Assembly: GCA_021785065.1 (NCBI GenBank)
Contig: JAJYGQ010000019.1
Coordinates: 1 to 54,021 of the forward strand
DNA length: 54,021 nucleotides
Source: a bacterium
GTDB taxonomy: Bacteria > Patescibacteriota > Minisyncoccia > Phycocordibacterales > JAKAEA01
Reading direction: 5' to 3'
Below, piece after piece: positions 27,532-37,036 of the stretch. A program made the translations under genes and the position numbers. Each line of letters starts with the position of its first letter. Position 1 is the stretch's first letter. Under the pieces are notes generated by a model. The model had not been told where the DNA came from and did no database searches. It was given only the letters and a program-made list of their open reading frames with translations.

Positions 27532-28954
27532 ATTCGTAGTGTTTAAGGGCTAGAATAGTTGGTGCTTGGTCGGCAGCATACACCGGACTGTATATCGTAT
27601 TATTTTCGTAATCCAAACCAACACTAGACGTAGTACTAATGAGGTTGGGCTGCTCTATAAATTTTTTTGATGATGTTGCGGCGATAGCGTGTAGGGAAAA
27701 AATACCAGCATTGGTTGCGATGAGGAGGTGATGCGCCAGTGCGCGAATGCTATAAACTGTTGCTGCAAGAGAACTTGAAGCAGTAATGATGGGGGTATAT
27801 GGATTATGTACATCAAGTGCCACTAATTCTGGATGGTGGCCCGATCCACTACCTTTTTGTCGACCAGCATAGAGAGTGGAGCCAAGTAAAAAAAGTCGCT
27901 CCGTATATTCTGTGCCGGTAAAAGCTATGCTAGCTATCTTAGTAGGGTGGAATGGATCATGTACATCCACAACAATAATATCGCTCGTATTTCCTGAAGC
28001 GGCGAGGTAAGCGTAATTGCCCGAGACTATAATGTCGTAGATATTATGATTTAACCACACCGAACCAAGCCACTGTGGATTGTGGGGGTCGGTAACGTCA
28101 AAAATGTGGAATTCATTTCCAGCAGTGCGGTGAGTACCAACGTAAACCCGTCCCGCATAGTAGTAAATGCTTAAACCCGAAGGATACGAACCGTGGACTC
28201 CTGGTAATGAACGAGAAGCGATGATACTAGGCGCGCTAGGGTTGCGGACGTCTATAATTTGTAGCTGACTTGTCGAACCGGTCACTGCAACATAGGCGTA
28301 GCCGCCGGCGACATCGAGAGCGTTAATTGGTGGTAGTGCGAGTCGTGAGAGAATGGGATGGGTGGCGTCGCGCGGGGTAACAACAAGAAAATTAAAACCA
28401 TCCGTTGAAGATGCTCCTAGGTATGCATTACCAGCAAAAAAATCAAAGCTCGTAATATGGGTGATAGGGGTCGCTGTACCATAGTGTGTTGCGTAATTTG
28501 AGTATGGATAAATCATAGTAGGCGGCGAAAATGGGGGCGACATGCTATAAGGATTCATAAAACCTCCGCAATCGCTACCCTGTGCTTTTTGGGCCGATTG
28601 ATCAATGTAAAGTTCATTAAGAAAAATCGGATGAAAACCGCGTAGTGTTGTGGTGGCATAGGTTATAGCTTCCGCTTCTTTGAGGCAGGGAGTAAGACTC
28701 GTAATAGTAGATTGTGTTACTAAATTTTTATCACTACTTTGTAACTCGGTAGTATTGGCGATTGTTTTTTCTAACACGGCTTTCGTTGTATAAAGTGCTT
28801 GACCATAGAAAACGAGCCGTTCAAGGTTATGTATCTGCGTGACAAGTGTCGGTAGAGCGATACTTGCAATAGTACTGAAGATAACTAGTGCAATAATCAC
28901 TTCTATAATTATCGAGCCCCGAGTATGGTTAGTATTGTAATTCGCCATTTTCAT
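27521..28954 (-). CDS. Pilin-like N-terminus fused to an LVIVD-repeat beta-propeller
   Basis: RG-SIIIE motif; repeats GYAYV...LQIIDVRNP, VYVG...FHIFDVTDP, NYAYL...IIVVDVHDP, LYAG...LVALDVHNP. Start at 28954 or 28948. Confidence 0.78.
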   Translation of the reverse strand: MKMANYNTNHTRGSIIIEVIIALVIFSTIASIALPTLVTQIHNLERLVFYGQALYTTKAVLEKTIANTTELQSSDKNLVTQSTITSLTPCLKEAEAITYATTTLRGFHPIFLNELYIDQSAQKAQGSDCGGFMNPYSMSPPFSPPTMIYPYSNYATHYGTATPITHITSFDFFAGNAYLGASSTDGFNFLVVTPRDATHPILSRLALPPINALDVAGGYAYVAVTGSTSQLQIIDVRNPSAPSIIASRSLPGVHGSYPSGLSIYYYAGRVYVGTHRTAGNEFHIFDVTDPHNPQWLGSVWLNHNIYDIIVSGNYAYLAASGNTSDIIVVDVHDPFHPTKIASIAFTGTEYTERLFLLGSTLYAGRQKGSGSGHHPELVALDVHNPYTPIITASSSLAATVYSIRALAHHLLIATNAGIFSLHAIAATSSKKFIEQPNLISTTSSVGLDYENNTIYSPVYAADQAPTILALKHYEYAP

Positions 28955-29210
28955 ACAGGGTGATTGGTGCAGAAAATGTGGCAACAGAAAAATTTATTGT
29001 TTTGGTTGAGGTGCTTATAGTTGGCGAGCGGGTTTGTATAAATGTATCAAGAGCCGTTTCTCGTTTTGAAAAACTAAGCCACTGATTATATTGGCCAATT
29101 GATACGCCCAAACTGAGTGTGGTGAGTATCGTACATAATGCTAATACCACCACGAGCTCAATAAGAGTAAACCCTTTAATGTATGGAGCTGACTGATTGT
29201 GAGAGGGCAT
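28929..29210 (-). CDS. Short prepilin-like protein
   Basis: KG-FTLIELVVVL motif. Confidence 0.72.
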   Translation of the reverse strand: MPSHNQSAPYIKGFTLIELVVVLALCTILTTLSLGVSIGQYNQWLSFSKRETALDTFIQTRSPTISTSTKTINFSVATFSAPITLYENGELQY

Positions 29211-30261
29211 AAATAGGTAAAATCATAGCGAGAGCGATGAATCCAATAGCGCAGCCCATAAGTACCATAAGCACCGGTTCTAAAAGACTCGACCATTTTT
29301 TAATCGACTCTTCGTACTCATTCTGAAAATAGTCTGAAAGAAATGATAATGTTTCGACCAGTGATCCGCTTAATTCTGCAGCAGAGATGAGTTGAATCAT
29401 CGTATCAGGAAACAGTTTGGGATATGCGGCGAGAGCCCCAGATATTGTGTTCCCTGATTCTATATTGGTTGTAATGCGCTCTACTGCGCGAGCGTACACG
29501 CTGTTGTGTGGCTGAGAACGAAGCAGTCCTGTGCTAATAGATATGCCGCTCGAAGTAAGCGTTGCTAGAGTACCAGTGAAGAAACTCAGTGTTTGATTTT
29601 TGATAATAGTGTTTAGTAGGGGGATAGAAAGCAGCACTCTGTCATTTAATTTTTTTATACCGGTTCGAATACTGTGGTGTTTGCTCGCGATAAAACCTAT
29701 CAATATTATGCCGCTCAATAGGACAATACCAGTTACCCAGTGTTGCTTAATTGTGTCGGAAATTACTATAAGCACTCTTGTGGGAAGGGGGAGATTGGTG
29801 TGCATGCTTTCTAAGAGCGGCCGAATTTTAGGAAAGATACCGAATGTCATGCCACCCGTTAAAACGACAGACAAAAGAGCGATAGATATTGGATAGGTGA
29901 GAGCCGACAATGCTTTTTTACGGCTCGTATCTCTTTTAACAAGCTCTTGCCCGCATCGCTCTAATGCTTGGCGTATTGAACCAGATTCTTCACCGGCCTC
30001 AATAACTGATATGAGTCCAGGCTTGATAGTCGTTCGTTGTGTAAGAGATTGCCACAACGGGAAACCCGACGCGAGATCAGCCCGAATTCGCTCTAAAAAT
30101 TTTCGGCGTGGATTAGTGGTGGCGAGTGGAGTACTACTTAAAGCGATGCACTCAGTCAATGTCGCGCCAGATTTTAGAAAGAATCCAAGCTGTTTAAAAA
30201 TTATGATTTGGTCTCGTAACCGGAGTTTAATTTTCTTTTTTTCTGAGTTTTTTTGCAACAT
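29176..30261 (-). CDS. PilC/GspF-family platform protein
   Basis: Duplicated T2SSF domains: AGEESG, YP, AELSGSL, LEP...LPIY. Confidence 0.9.
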   Translation of the reverse strand: MLQKNSEKKKIKLRLRDQIIIFKQLGFFLKSGATLTECIALSSTPLATTNPRRKFLERIRADLASGFPLWQSLTQRTTIKPGLISVIEAGEESGSIRQALERCGQELVKRDTSRKKALSALTYPISIALLSVVLTGGMTFGIFPKIRPLLESMHTNLPLPTRVLIVISDTIKQHWVTGIVLLSGIILIGFIASKHHSIRTGIKKLNDRVLLSIPLLNTIIKNQTLSFFTGTLATLTSSGISISTGLLRSQPHNSVYARAVERITTNIESGNTISGALAAYPKLFPDTMIQLISAAELSGSLVETLSFLSDYFQNEYEESIKKWSSLLEPVLMVLMGCAIGFIALAMILPIYALSQSVSSIH

Positions 30262-30269
30262 AAAGTTTT

Positions 30270-31361
30270 TTATAATGTGCTTAACATCTCTGCTTTTTCG
30301 ATTAGACCCTGTTCAGCTTTTGCTGCGCCGTCATCAGCAAGTGTTTGCATACCTTCATGTTCAGCAATAGTTTGAAGGTGGGATAGTGTCGGCGCAGTAG
30401 TAATAGCTTCACGAAGAGCGTCGGTTATAGTCACGAGTTCATATACTGCGATGCGTCCATGAAAGCCGGTGTAATTGCACGCTCGACAACCCTCGGGCCG
30501 TTTGCAGCGCTGACATTTTTTGCGAATTAATCGTTGAGCGATAATTGTTTCAAGAGTTGCGGAAATGAGATAGGGAGCAATACCCATATCAAGAAGGCGA
30601 ATAATAGCGGAAAGAGCGGTGGTGGTGTGGAGCGTAGAAAATAATAGATGGCCTGTTAAGGCTGCGTGTATTGCTATGTGCGCCGTATCTGTATCGCGAA
30701 TTTCGCCAACCATAATCACATCTGGATCCTGTCGCAATATCGAGCGAAGACCTGCAGAAAAGGTAACTCCGTGTTCTGCGTCAACTTGAATTTGTCGAGC
30801 GGTGGGCAATATGTACTCAACTGGATCTTCAATGGTGACGGTCAGGCGATCAGATGTAATGAGTCGCAAAAGACTATACAACGTTGTTGTTTTTCCAGAA
30901 CCGGTTGGTCCTGTAATAAGAATCATGCCGCGTTTTCGACGTATTGCGGTTGCTAAATGTTTTGCATCAGTGGCGCTGATGCCCAACGACTCTATCTGGG
31001 CAAAATCTGGTCTGTCTCTTAAAATTCGCAATACGGCAGATTCGCCATAGTACGTTGGCATAATAGAGACGCGGATATCGCCCTGATGATATGGCCGTGT
31101 TAATCGACCATCTTGTGGTAGGTGGTGTAAATCAGTTCGTATTCTAGCCAGAATTTTAATACGACTAATAATACTGGCGTGAAGTGATTTTGCTAGACGA
31201 TGCTGTACTAATAAAAATCCGTCTGTCCTGAAGCGGACCAGTACACCACTTTCAAATGGATCAATATGAATATCGGATGCGCCCGCTCGGTCGGCCTCCT
31301 GCAGGATATTTTCCACTAAAGCCGGCAGATCGGTATTTTCTCCGCTTCCATGTAAATCCAT
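30270..31361 (-). CDS. GspE/PilB/ComGA-family assembly ATPase (short)
   Basis: ASDIHIDP, GPTGSGKTTT, TIEDPVE, LRQDPDVIMVGEIRD and TGHL. Confidence 0.93.
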   Translation of the reverse strand: MDLHGSGENTDLPALVENILQEADRAGASDIHIDPFESGVLVRFRTDGFLLVQHRLAKSLHASIISRIKILARIRTDLHHLPQDGRLTRPYHQGDIRVSIMPTYYGESAVLRILRDRPDFAQIESLGISATDAKHLATAIRRKRGMILITGPTGSGKTTTLYSLLRLITSDRLTVTIEDPVEYILPTARQIQVDAEHGVTFSAGLRSILRQDPDVIMVGEIRDTDTAHIAIHAALTGHLLFSTLHTTTALSAIIRLLDMGIAPYLISATLETIIAQRLIRKKCQRCKRPEGCRACNYTGFHGRIAVYELVTITDALREAITTAPTLSHLQTIAEHEGMQTLADDGAAKAEQGLIEKAEMLSTL

Positions 31362-31419
31362 TACCGTTCATCATACGGATTATGGATAAAATTTCGATTA
31401 ATTTTTTCTAAAGAAAAGA

Positions 31420-31872
31420 TTAAAACAACGATTCAACGACACTCTTTATTTCGGCGCCGTCGGCTTGGCCCTTGAGTTCTTTGGCAATGGCGCCGATAAG
31501 CATTCCTATTTTTGCTTTATCGGAAATAGCAAGTTCGGCTTTTTTAGCCCGTGCCACTTTTTCAATTTCTTCACGGGGAAGTTGGGGCGGCAAAAGCGTT
31601 TCTAGAATTTTTAATTCTGCTTGCTCCTCATCAGCGAGATCTTGACGACCGCCTTTGGTAAATTGCTCTATGGAGTCTTTGCGTTGTTTAACAAGTCGCT
31701 TGATGACGGCGAGCGCGTCATTGTCGGCAAGTTCTTCCTGCGGTTTGTGTCCTTTTGCGACGAGTTCGTTGGTAAAGGCCGCAGAAATAGAGCGCATAAC
31801 GCTGGTGCGCAACGCATCTTTAGCAAGCATCGCTTTCTTTACTTCTTCTTTTATGGTGGTGTGGAGAGACAT
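31420..31872 (-). CDS. yqeY: GatB/YqeY domain protein
   Basis: KKAMLAKD, KQRKDSIEQFTKGGRQDLA and ADG motifs. Confidence 0.9.
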   Translation of the reverse strand: MSLHTTIKEEVKKAMLAKDALRTSVMRSISAAFTNELVAKGHKPQEELADNDALAVIKRLVKQRKDSIEQFTKGGRQDLADEEQAELKILETLLPPQLPREEIEKVARAKKAELAISDKAKIGMLIGAIAKELKGQADGAEIKSVVESLF

Positions 31873-31944
31873 AAATATAATATGAATAAATACCAAAGCA
31901 GTATAGCAGAATTCCTAAAATTTTTATATACTTCTCGTATTGTT

Positions 31945-33042
31945 ATGGAAACACTTCTTATTGTGCTCATTGTTGTTATTGTCGTTGCGACGGGTAGTAT
32001 TTTGTATGTGTTGCGAAAAAATGGTCGGCGGGAAAGTGCGGTGGATGAAGCGCCCGACAGTTTCAAGCTGCTTTTTGAGCAAATTAACGATCTGGGTCGC
32101 CGCGTTGATTACAATGTGAACGAACTTCATAAAACGGTTGACGCAAAAATCGGCGAATCGTCGCGGATGATGCAGCAGTCGGTCACGACCCAGCTTTCCG
32201 AATCGCAAAAACTCATTCGCGAAATTACTCGTGAGCTTACCGAAGTTAAAGAAACGGGTAAACAGGTGGTTGGTTTTGCCGATCAGCTTCAAAACCTGCA
32301 GGATATTCTCAAAAATCCTAAACAGCGCGGCATTCTCGGCGAATATTATTTAGAAACGCTGCTTAAAAATGTGCTACCACCCGATAGTTACCAAATGCAG
32401 TATGCTTTTTCTGATGGCAATATTGTAGATGCGGCGGTGTTTGTGAAGGATAAAATTATTCCCGTCGATTCAAAATTTTCTTTGGAAAATTACAACCGGA
32501 TTGTGGAGGCACGCGATCCGGCCGAGCGTGAACGCCTCGAAAAATTATTCGTGAATGATTTAAAGAGTCGTATTGCAGAGACCAGTAAGTATATTCAACC
32601 AAAAGAGGGGACCATGGATTTTGCCTTTATGTTTATTCCTCACGAGGCAATTTATTACGATTTGCTCGTTAATACCATTGGCGCGCTTAAAGATGAGCCG
32701 GAAAACCTCATTCAGCGGGCGGCGGCAAAATACCACGTAATTATCGTTTCGCCCACTTCGTTTTTGGCCTATCTCCAAACGGTGCTGCAGGGTCTTCGCG
32801 AACTCCGCATTAAAGAGTCGTTTGAAAATGTGGTTAAAAATATCGGCGAGCTCAGCCGGCATCTCAAGAGCTATGAAGAATATCATGGAAAACTTGGCAC
32901 GGCGCTGGCCACTACTATTAATCACTACAATGCGACCGGTAAGGAGTTTAAAAAAATAGACAAGGATATTCTTCGAATTACGGGTACATCACTTGAAATA
33001 GACACGGTATCTTTGGAACGGCCGGATACGGAACATATATAA
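31945..33042 (+). CDS. rmuC: DNA recombination protein RmuC
   Basis: TM helix, coiled coil, RGILGE, VDSKF, TMDFAFMFIP and SPTS. Confidence 0.9.
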   Translation: METLLIVLIVVIVVATGSILYVLRKNGRRESAVDEAPDSFKLLFEQINDLGRRVDYNVNELHKTVDAKIGESSRMMQQSVTTQLSESQKLIREITRELTEVKETGKQVVGFADQLQNLQDILKNPKQRGILGEYYLETLLKNVLPPDSYQMQYAFSDGNIVDAAVFVKDKIIPVDSKFSLENYNRIVEARDPAERERLEKLFVNDLKSRIAETSKYIQPKEGTMDFAFMFIPHEAIYYDLLVNTIGALKDEPENLIQRAAAKYHVIIVSPTSFLAYLQTVLQGLRELRIKESFENVVKNIGELSRHLKSYEEYHGKLGTALATTINHYNATGKEFKKIDKDILRITGTSLEIDTVSLERPDTEHI

Positions 33043-33099
33043 ACAGGTTATATTCGAACATATTGCACTTTTTACGATATCTGGTAGAATGCCAAAACT

Positions 33100-33423
33100 A
33101 TGCAATTTGCCGTAATAGAGACAGGAGGTAAGCAATACAAAGTTTCCCCTGGCACTACTGTTAAAATTGAAAAACTAGCCGATAACGCCAAAGAAGGCGA
33201 CGCGATAGCCTTTGACAAAGTGCTTCTTGTTGCTGATGAAAAAAACACTAGTGTTGGCACACCGACAGTTACCGGTGCCAAGGTTACTGGCACGCTGTCT
33301 AAAATTGGCCGTCACCCTAAAGTTCTAGTTGTTAAATACAAGCAAAAAAGCCGCTATCTAAAACGCAATGGCCATCGTCAGCCGTATTTTGAGGTGAAGA
33401 TTGACGCTATTTCAGTAAAGTAG
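33100..33423 (+). CDS. rplU: 50S ribosomal protein L21
   Basis: AVIETGGKQYKV and GHRQ. Confidence 0.97.
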   Translation: MQFAVIETGGKQYKVSPGTTVKIEKLADNAKEGDAIAFDKVLLVADEKNTSVGTPTVTGAKVTGTLSKIGRHPKVLVVKYKQKSRYLKRNGHRQPYFEVKIDAISVK

Positions 33424-33446
33424 TTGGATTTCTCTCTAGTACTTTG

Positions 33447-34064
33447 TTAAGAGCGGTTTTGTAACGCAAATCGCAGCGTGTCGTCGTCTGAATATTCTAA
33501 TTCAGTACCTGTTGAAACGCCGCGGCCGAGGCGGGAGATTTTTATTGAGTCGCCTACCAGCGGCGCGAGTATTTGGGTAAGGTAATCGCCAGTATGATCG
33601 CCCTCAGGTGTTACGTTCATAGCTAAAATTATTTCTTGGAGGCCATTGGCGGCGCGTTCCCGAACAGTTTCAAGAAGTTCTTTTTGACGAATTCGCTCCT
33701 CAGGTTTTTCAGTCAAAATGGGTACACTCCCGCCAAGTACAAAATAGCGTCCTCGATAGGCCCCGCTTTTTTCTACGCTCTCTAAATCTACATCTCGAGA
33801 GACAATCATGAGTAGAGTTGCATCGCGGTGGGTGTCGCGATCGATATCACATAGTGATTCATGCCCCCTTGTTGATGCTTCAAAAAAACGATGACAGGCC
33901 GAGCATTCAAATACCGTGCTTCGCAGAGCGCCAATAAGTCGAGCGAGCTCGTCGTTATGGTGCTGCGAGCGAGTAAGTAAAAAATATACAAAACGGTGCG
34001 CTTGGCGCGGTCCGATGCCGGGAAATTTTTTAAAAATATCCGTGAGTTTTTCTAGTGTCGTCAT
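33447..34064 (-). CDS. recR: Recombination protein RecR
   Basis: PGIGPR HhH motif, YFVLGG, EGDHT and GTELEYSD. Confidence 0.93.
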   Translation of the reverse strand: MTTLEKLTDIFKKFPGIGPRQAHRFVYFLLTRSQHHNDELARLIGALRSTVFECSACHRFFEASTRGHESLCDIDRDTHRDATLLMIVSRDVDLESVEKSGAYRGRYFVLGGSVPILTEKPEERIRQKELLETVRERAANGLQEIILAMNVTPEGDHTGDYLTQILAPLVGDSIKISRLGRGVSTGTELEYSDDDTLRFALQNRS

Positions 34065-35456
34065 TTAAAAGTCGTCAGCGGCTGCTGGGGGAGTAAAAGA
34101 ATTGTCGAGGGTAACGAAGCTGGTTTTCTTATCATCGAAGTAGAGCTCGGCGCGACCCGTTGGACCATTGCGGTGTTTTTCGATGAGGATTTCGGCGATA
34201 TTGGGGCGGCCAGAATCCTGTTTTTGTTTGTCTTCGCGGTGAATAAACATGACGACGTCGGCGTCTTGTTCAATAGAACCAGAATCGCGCAAGTCAGAAA
34301 GACGCGGGCGACCGCCACGTTGCTCCACGGCGCGAGAGAGCTGCGATAGGGCAAGTACCGGTACTTCAAGTTCGCGCGCCAATTGTTTCAAGGAACGGGA
34401 AATTTCAGTGATTTGCTGCACTAAATTATCTTTTGCTCGAGAATTAGTGGGTTGCATAAGCTGCAAGTAATCAACAACCACAAGGCCAAGGCCCTTCTCT
34501 GATTTAAGACGGCGAGCGGTTGAACGCATCTTTAAAATTGTATTAGCTGGCTGATCATCAATAAAGATAGGGGCTTTTGATAAACGACTCATACCTTCTT
34601 GCAGTGCTCCGAAGTCAGCTTCAACGAAACCGTGTCCGGTGCGTAGTTTCCAGGAGTCGACGCGGGATTCGGCGGCGAGCATCCTGTCGACGAGTTGCTG
34701 CGAGCTCATTTCAAGCGAAAAAATACCGACTGGAATGTTGTGGGTAATGGCAGCGTGGCGCACGATATCAAGGGCAAGTGATGTTTTACCGACGGAAGGG
34801 CGAGCGGCTAAAATAACCAGGTCGGACTTTTGTAAACCAGAAAGTTTACTATCGAGATCTTTGAAACCAGTTGGTACGCCGCGGAGCTCGTCGCGCGATT
34901 GGTGGAGATGATCAAAACGTTCCCAGGCCGCACCGAGTTCATCGCCGAGCATGATAAAGCGGTGAGCGGTTGGCGCATTGGTTACTTCAAAAACTCGTTT
35001 TTCAGCGGCATCAAGAAGCTCTTCAAGGTCATCAGACTCACTATAGCCAAGGCGATTGATGTCTTCGCCGCACTCAATCAGGTTGCGCATAACATATTTT
35101 TTTTCAACAATCTCCGCATAATGTTTAATGTTGGCAGCAGAAGGGGCGGTATTGACGAGCTCGGTGAGATAGCTGGCGCCACCGACGTGGTCAAGCTCGC
35201 CGCGTTCACGCAGGCGGTTAGAAAGGGAAAGAAGATCAATAGGCGTGGAAGTGCTAAAGAGCTCAAGCATTGTTCTGAAAATGATGCGGTGGCGCTCAGC
35301 ATAAAATGAATCAGATTTAACCTGATCACTAATTTCATACAGAGCATCTGGTCGGAGCATAATCGCACCGAGAAGAGCCATTTCTGCTTCAATGTTTTGG
35401 GGTGGTACACGTACGTAGGGCGATTTTTGTCCAGTTTTAGTAGATTTAGATTCCAT
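34065..35456 (-). CDS. dnaB: Replicative DNA helicase
   Basis: PPQNIEAE, AARPSVGKT, DYLQL, SQLSR, DLRDSGSIEQDAD and KHRNG. Confidence 0.97.
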   Translation of the reverse strand: MESKSTKTGQKSPYVRVPPQNIEAEMALLGAIMLRPDALYEISDQVKSDSFYAERHRIIFRTMLELFSTSTPIDLLSLSNRLRERGELDHVGGASYLTELVNTAPSAANIKHYAEIVEKKYVMRNLIECGEDINRLGYSESDDLEELLDAAEKRVFEVTNAPTAHRFIMLGDELGAAWERFDHLHQSRDELRGVPTGFKDLDSKLSGLQKSDLVILAARPSVGKTSLALDIVRHAAITHNIPVGIFSLEMSSQQLVDRMLAAESRVDSWKLRTGHGFVEADFGALQEGMSRLSKAPIFIDDQPANTILKMRSTARRLKSEKGLGLVVVDYLQLMQPTNSRAKDNLVQQITEISRSLKQLARELEVPVLALSQLSRAVEQRGGRPRLSDLRDSGSIEQDADVVMFIHREDKQKQDSGRPNIAEILIEKHRNGPTGRAELYFDDKKTSFVTLDNSFTPPAAADDF

Positions 35457-35512
35457 TGAGAAACATTTTATCATTTCTTGAGAACGAGCAATATCGACAA
35501 AGTGTCAAAAAT

Positions 35513-35538
35513 TGTGTATAGGGTGTGGATTATCCACT
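35513..35538. promoter_or_regulatory. Cluster of three one-mismatch DnaA-box-like 9-mers upstream of dnaB
   Basis: TGTGTATAG 35513-35521, TGTGGATTA 35524-35532, TTATCCACT 35530-35538. Confidence 0.45.
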
Positions 35539-35586
35539 CCACTCTTGCAGATCTTAGGCCAGACGGCCAAAATAGAGAAGAATATA

Positions 35587-36948
35587 TTAAAATTTTTCTA
35601 CCACTGGCCCATGGGGCGTATCTCGGACCGTAAAGCCGAGATCGTTGATTTTTTGGCGGAGTATGTCGGCGTCGTTCCAGCGTTTTTCGTCGCGAGCTCG
35701 CTGGCGTTCGGTAGCAAGCTGTTGCACCTCTTTTGGTACAACAGTACTCGATTTCGTAGCTAATTTTAACCCGAGAATTTTGTCGAATTTTAAGATCGTT
35801 GCTTTTTTAATGCCGCTTGAGAGGTTTTGATCACTTACTAGCTTCCAGGTAATAGCAAGTGCTTGGGGGGTATTAATATCATCATAGACAGCCTCTTGAA
35901 ATTTTTGTTCGTATGTAGCGTCGGTGTGCGCGTCAGCTTGGTCCCATTCCTGTAAAAAACCTTGTAGCCGCCGATATGCCGCCGCCGCCGCTTCAAGCGC
36001 TTCCCAGCTAAATGTCATCGGTGTGCGATAGTGGCCGCCTAAAAGCCAATAGCGATAGACGATGGGGTCAAAACCACGCTCGACAATACTTTGGAGGGTG
36101 ATGCCTGTGCCCTCTGATTTTGCCATTTTGCCGCTTGCAACATTCACGAATGCATTGTGGAGCCAGTAAGTAACGAACGGATGCCCGTGAGCGCATTCCG
36201 ACTGGGCGATTTCATTGTTGTGGTGAATAGGGGCGAGGTCGGCGCCGCCGGTGTGAATATCAAAGTGTTCGCCGAGGTACCGTTCACTCATCGCCGAGCA
36301 TTCTATGTGCCAGCCAGGGAATCCTTTACCCCAAGGGCTTTGGTAGCCAAGGGTGGGGTTAAATTTCCATAAAGCAAAATCTTTCAAGTTTTTCTTTTCG
36401 CTGTTAACGCCAATGCGCGATGTGTCGCCGCCCGCGCCCCCTAGTTTGCCGTAGTGAGGGTCTTTTGCTGTATTAAAATAAATACCGTCGGACGTTTGAT
36501 AGGTAAACCCTTTCTGCTCTAACTTTTTCACTAATTGGATGTCTTCGGCGATATGGTCGCTGGCGCGCGGCATTTCGTGGGGTAGTAAAATATTGAGAGC
36601 CGCGAGATCCTCTTTAAACTTTTCAGCATAGAAACTACCGAGCTCGAGCATGGCCTCAAGGGTGATTGGTTTGCCATCTCGCCGCAAGCCGCGAGTCATC
36701 TTGTCCTCGCCGTCATCGCTGTCGCTTGCCAGGTGGCCAATATCAGTCAAATTCATCACTTGCCGCACTGTGTAATCGTGGTAGGCAAAAACACGCCGAA
36801 TCAAATCGGAAAGTAAAAACGATCGGAGATTACCGATGTGTACATAGTCGTAGACGGTTGGACCACACGAATAAATTCCAACGTGGCCAGCAGTAATTGG
36901 CACAAACTCTTCCTTCTTTTTTGTGAGTGAATTGGTGAGGTATATCAT
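35587..36948 (-). CDS. cysS: Cysteine--tRNA ligase
   Basis: CGPTVY, HIGN, PGWHIECSAM and KMAKS. Confidence 0.97.
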   Translation of the reverse strand: MIYLTNSLTKKKEEFVPITAGHVGIYSCGPTVYDYVHIGNLRSFLLSDLIRRVFAYHDYTVRQVMNLTDIGHLASDSDDGEDKMTRGLRRDGKPITLEAMLELGSFYAEKFKEDLAALNILLPHEMPRASDHIAEDIQLVKKLEQKGFTYQTSDGIYFNTAKDPHYGKLGGAGGDTSRIGVNSEKKNLKDFALWKFNPTLGYQSPWGKGFPGWHIECSAMSERYLGEHFDIHTGGADLAPIHHNNEIAQSECAHGHPFVTYWLHNAFVNVASGKMAKSEGTGITLQSIVERGFDPIVYRYWLLGGHYRTPMTFSWEALEAAAAAYRRLQGFLQEWDQADAHTDATYEQKFQEAVYDDINTPQALAITWKLVSDQNLSSGIKKATILKFDKILGLKLATKSSTVVPKEVQQLATERQRARDEKRWNDADILRQKINDLGFTVRDTPHGPVVEKF

Positions 36949-37036
36949 TGCATTATTGTTGTATCCATCCAATATAGCAAAATTTCATACATTATTCATT
37001 GACCGACCGCGTTGTTTTTGAGATACTGACGCCTAT

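Noticed and set aside
31621-31944. Long N-terminal extension of rmuC
   Set aside because: It overlaps yqeY antisense; the TM-bearing start is ATG 31945.
35475-35586. Possible replication origin
   Set aside because: Only three imperfect boxes in about 110 bp, with no dnaA/dnaN nearby and no clear unwinding element.
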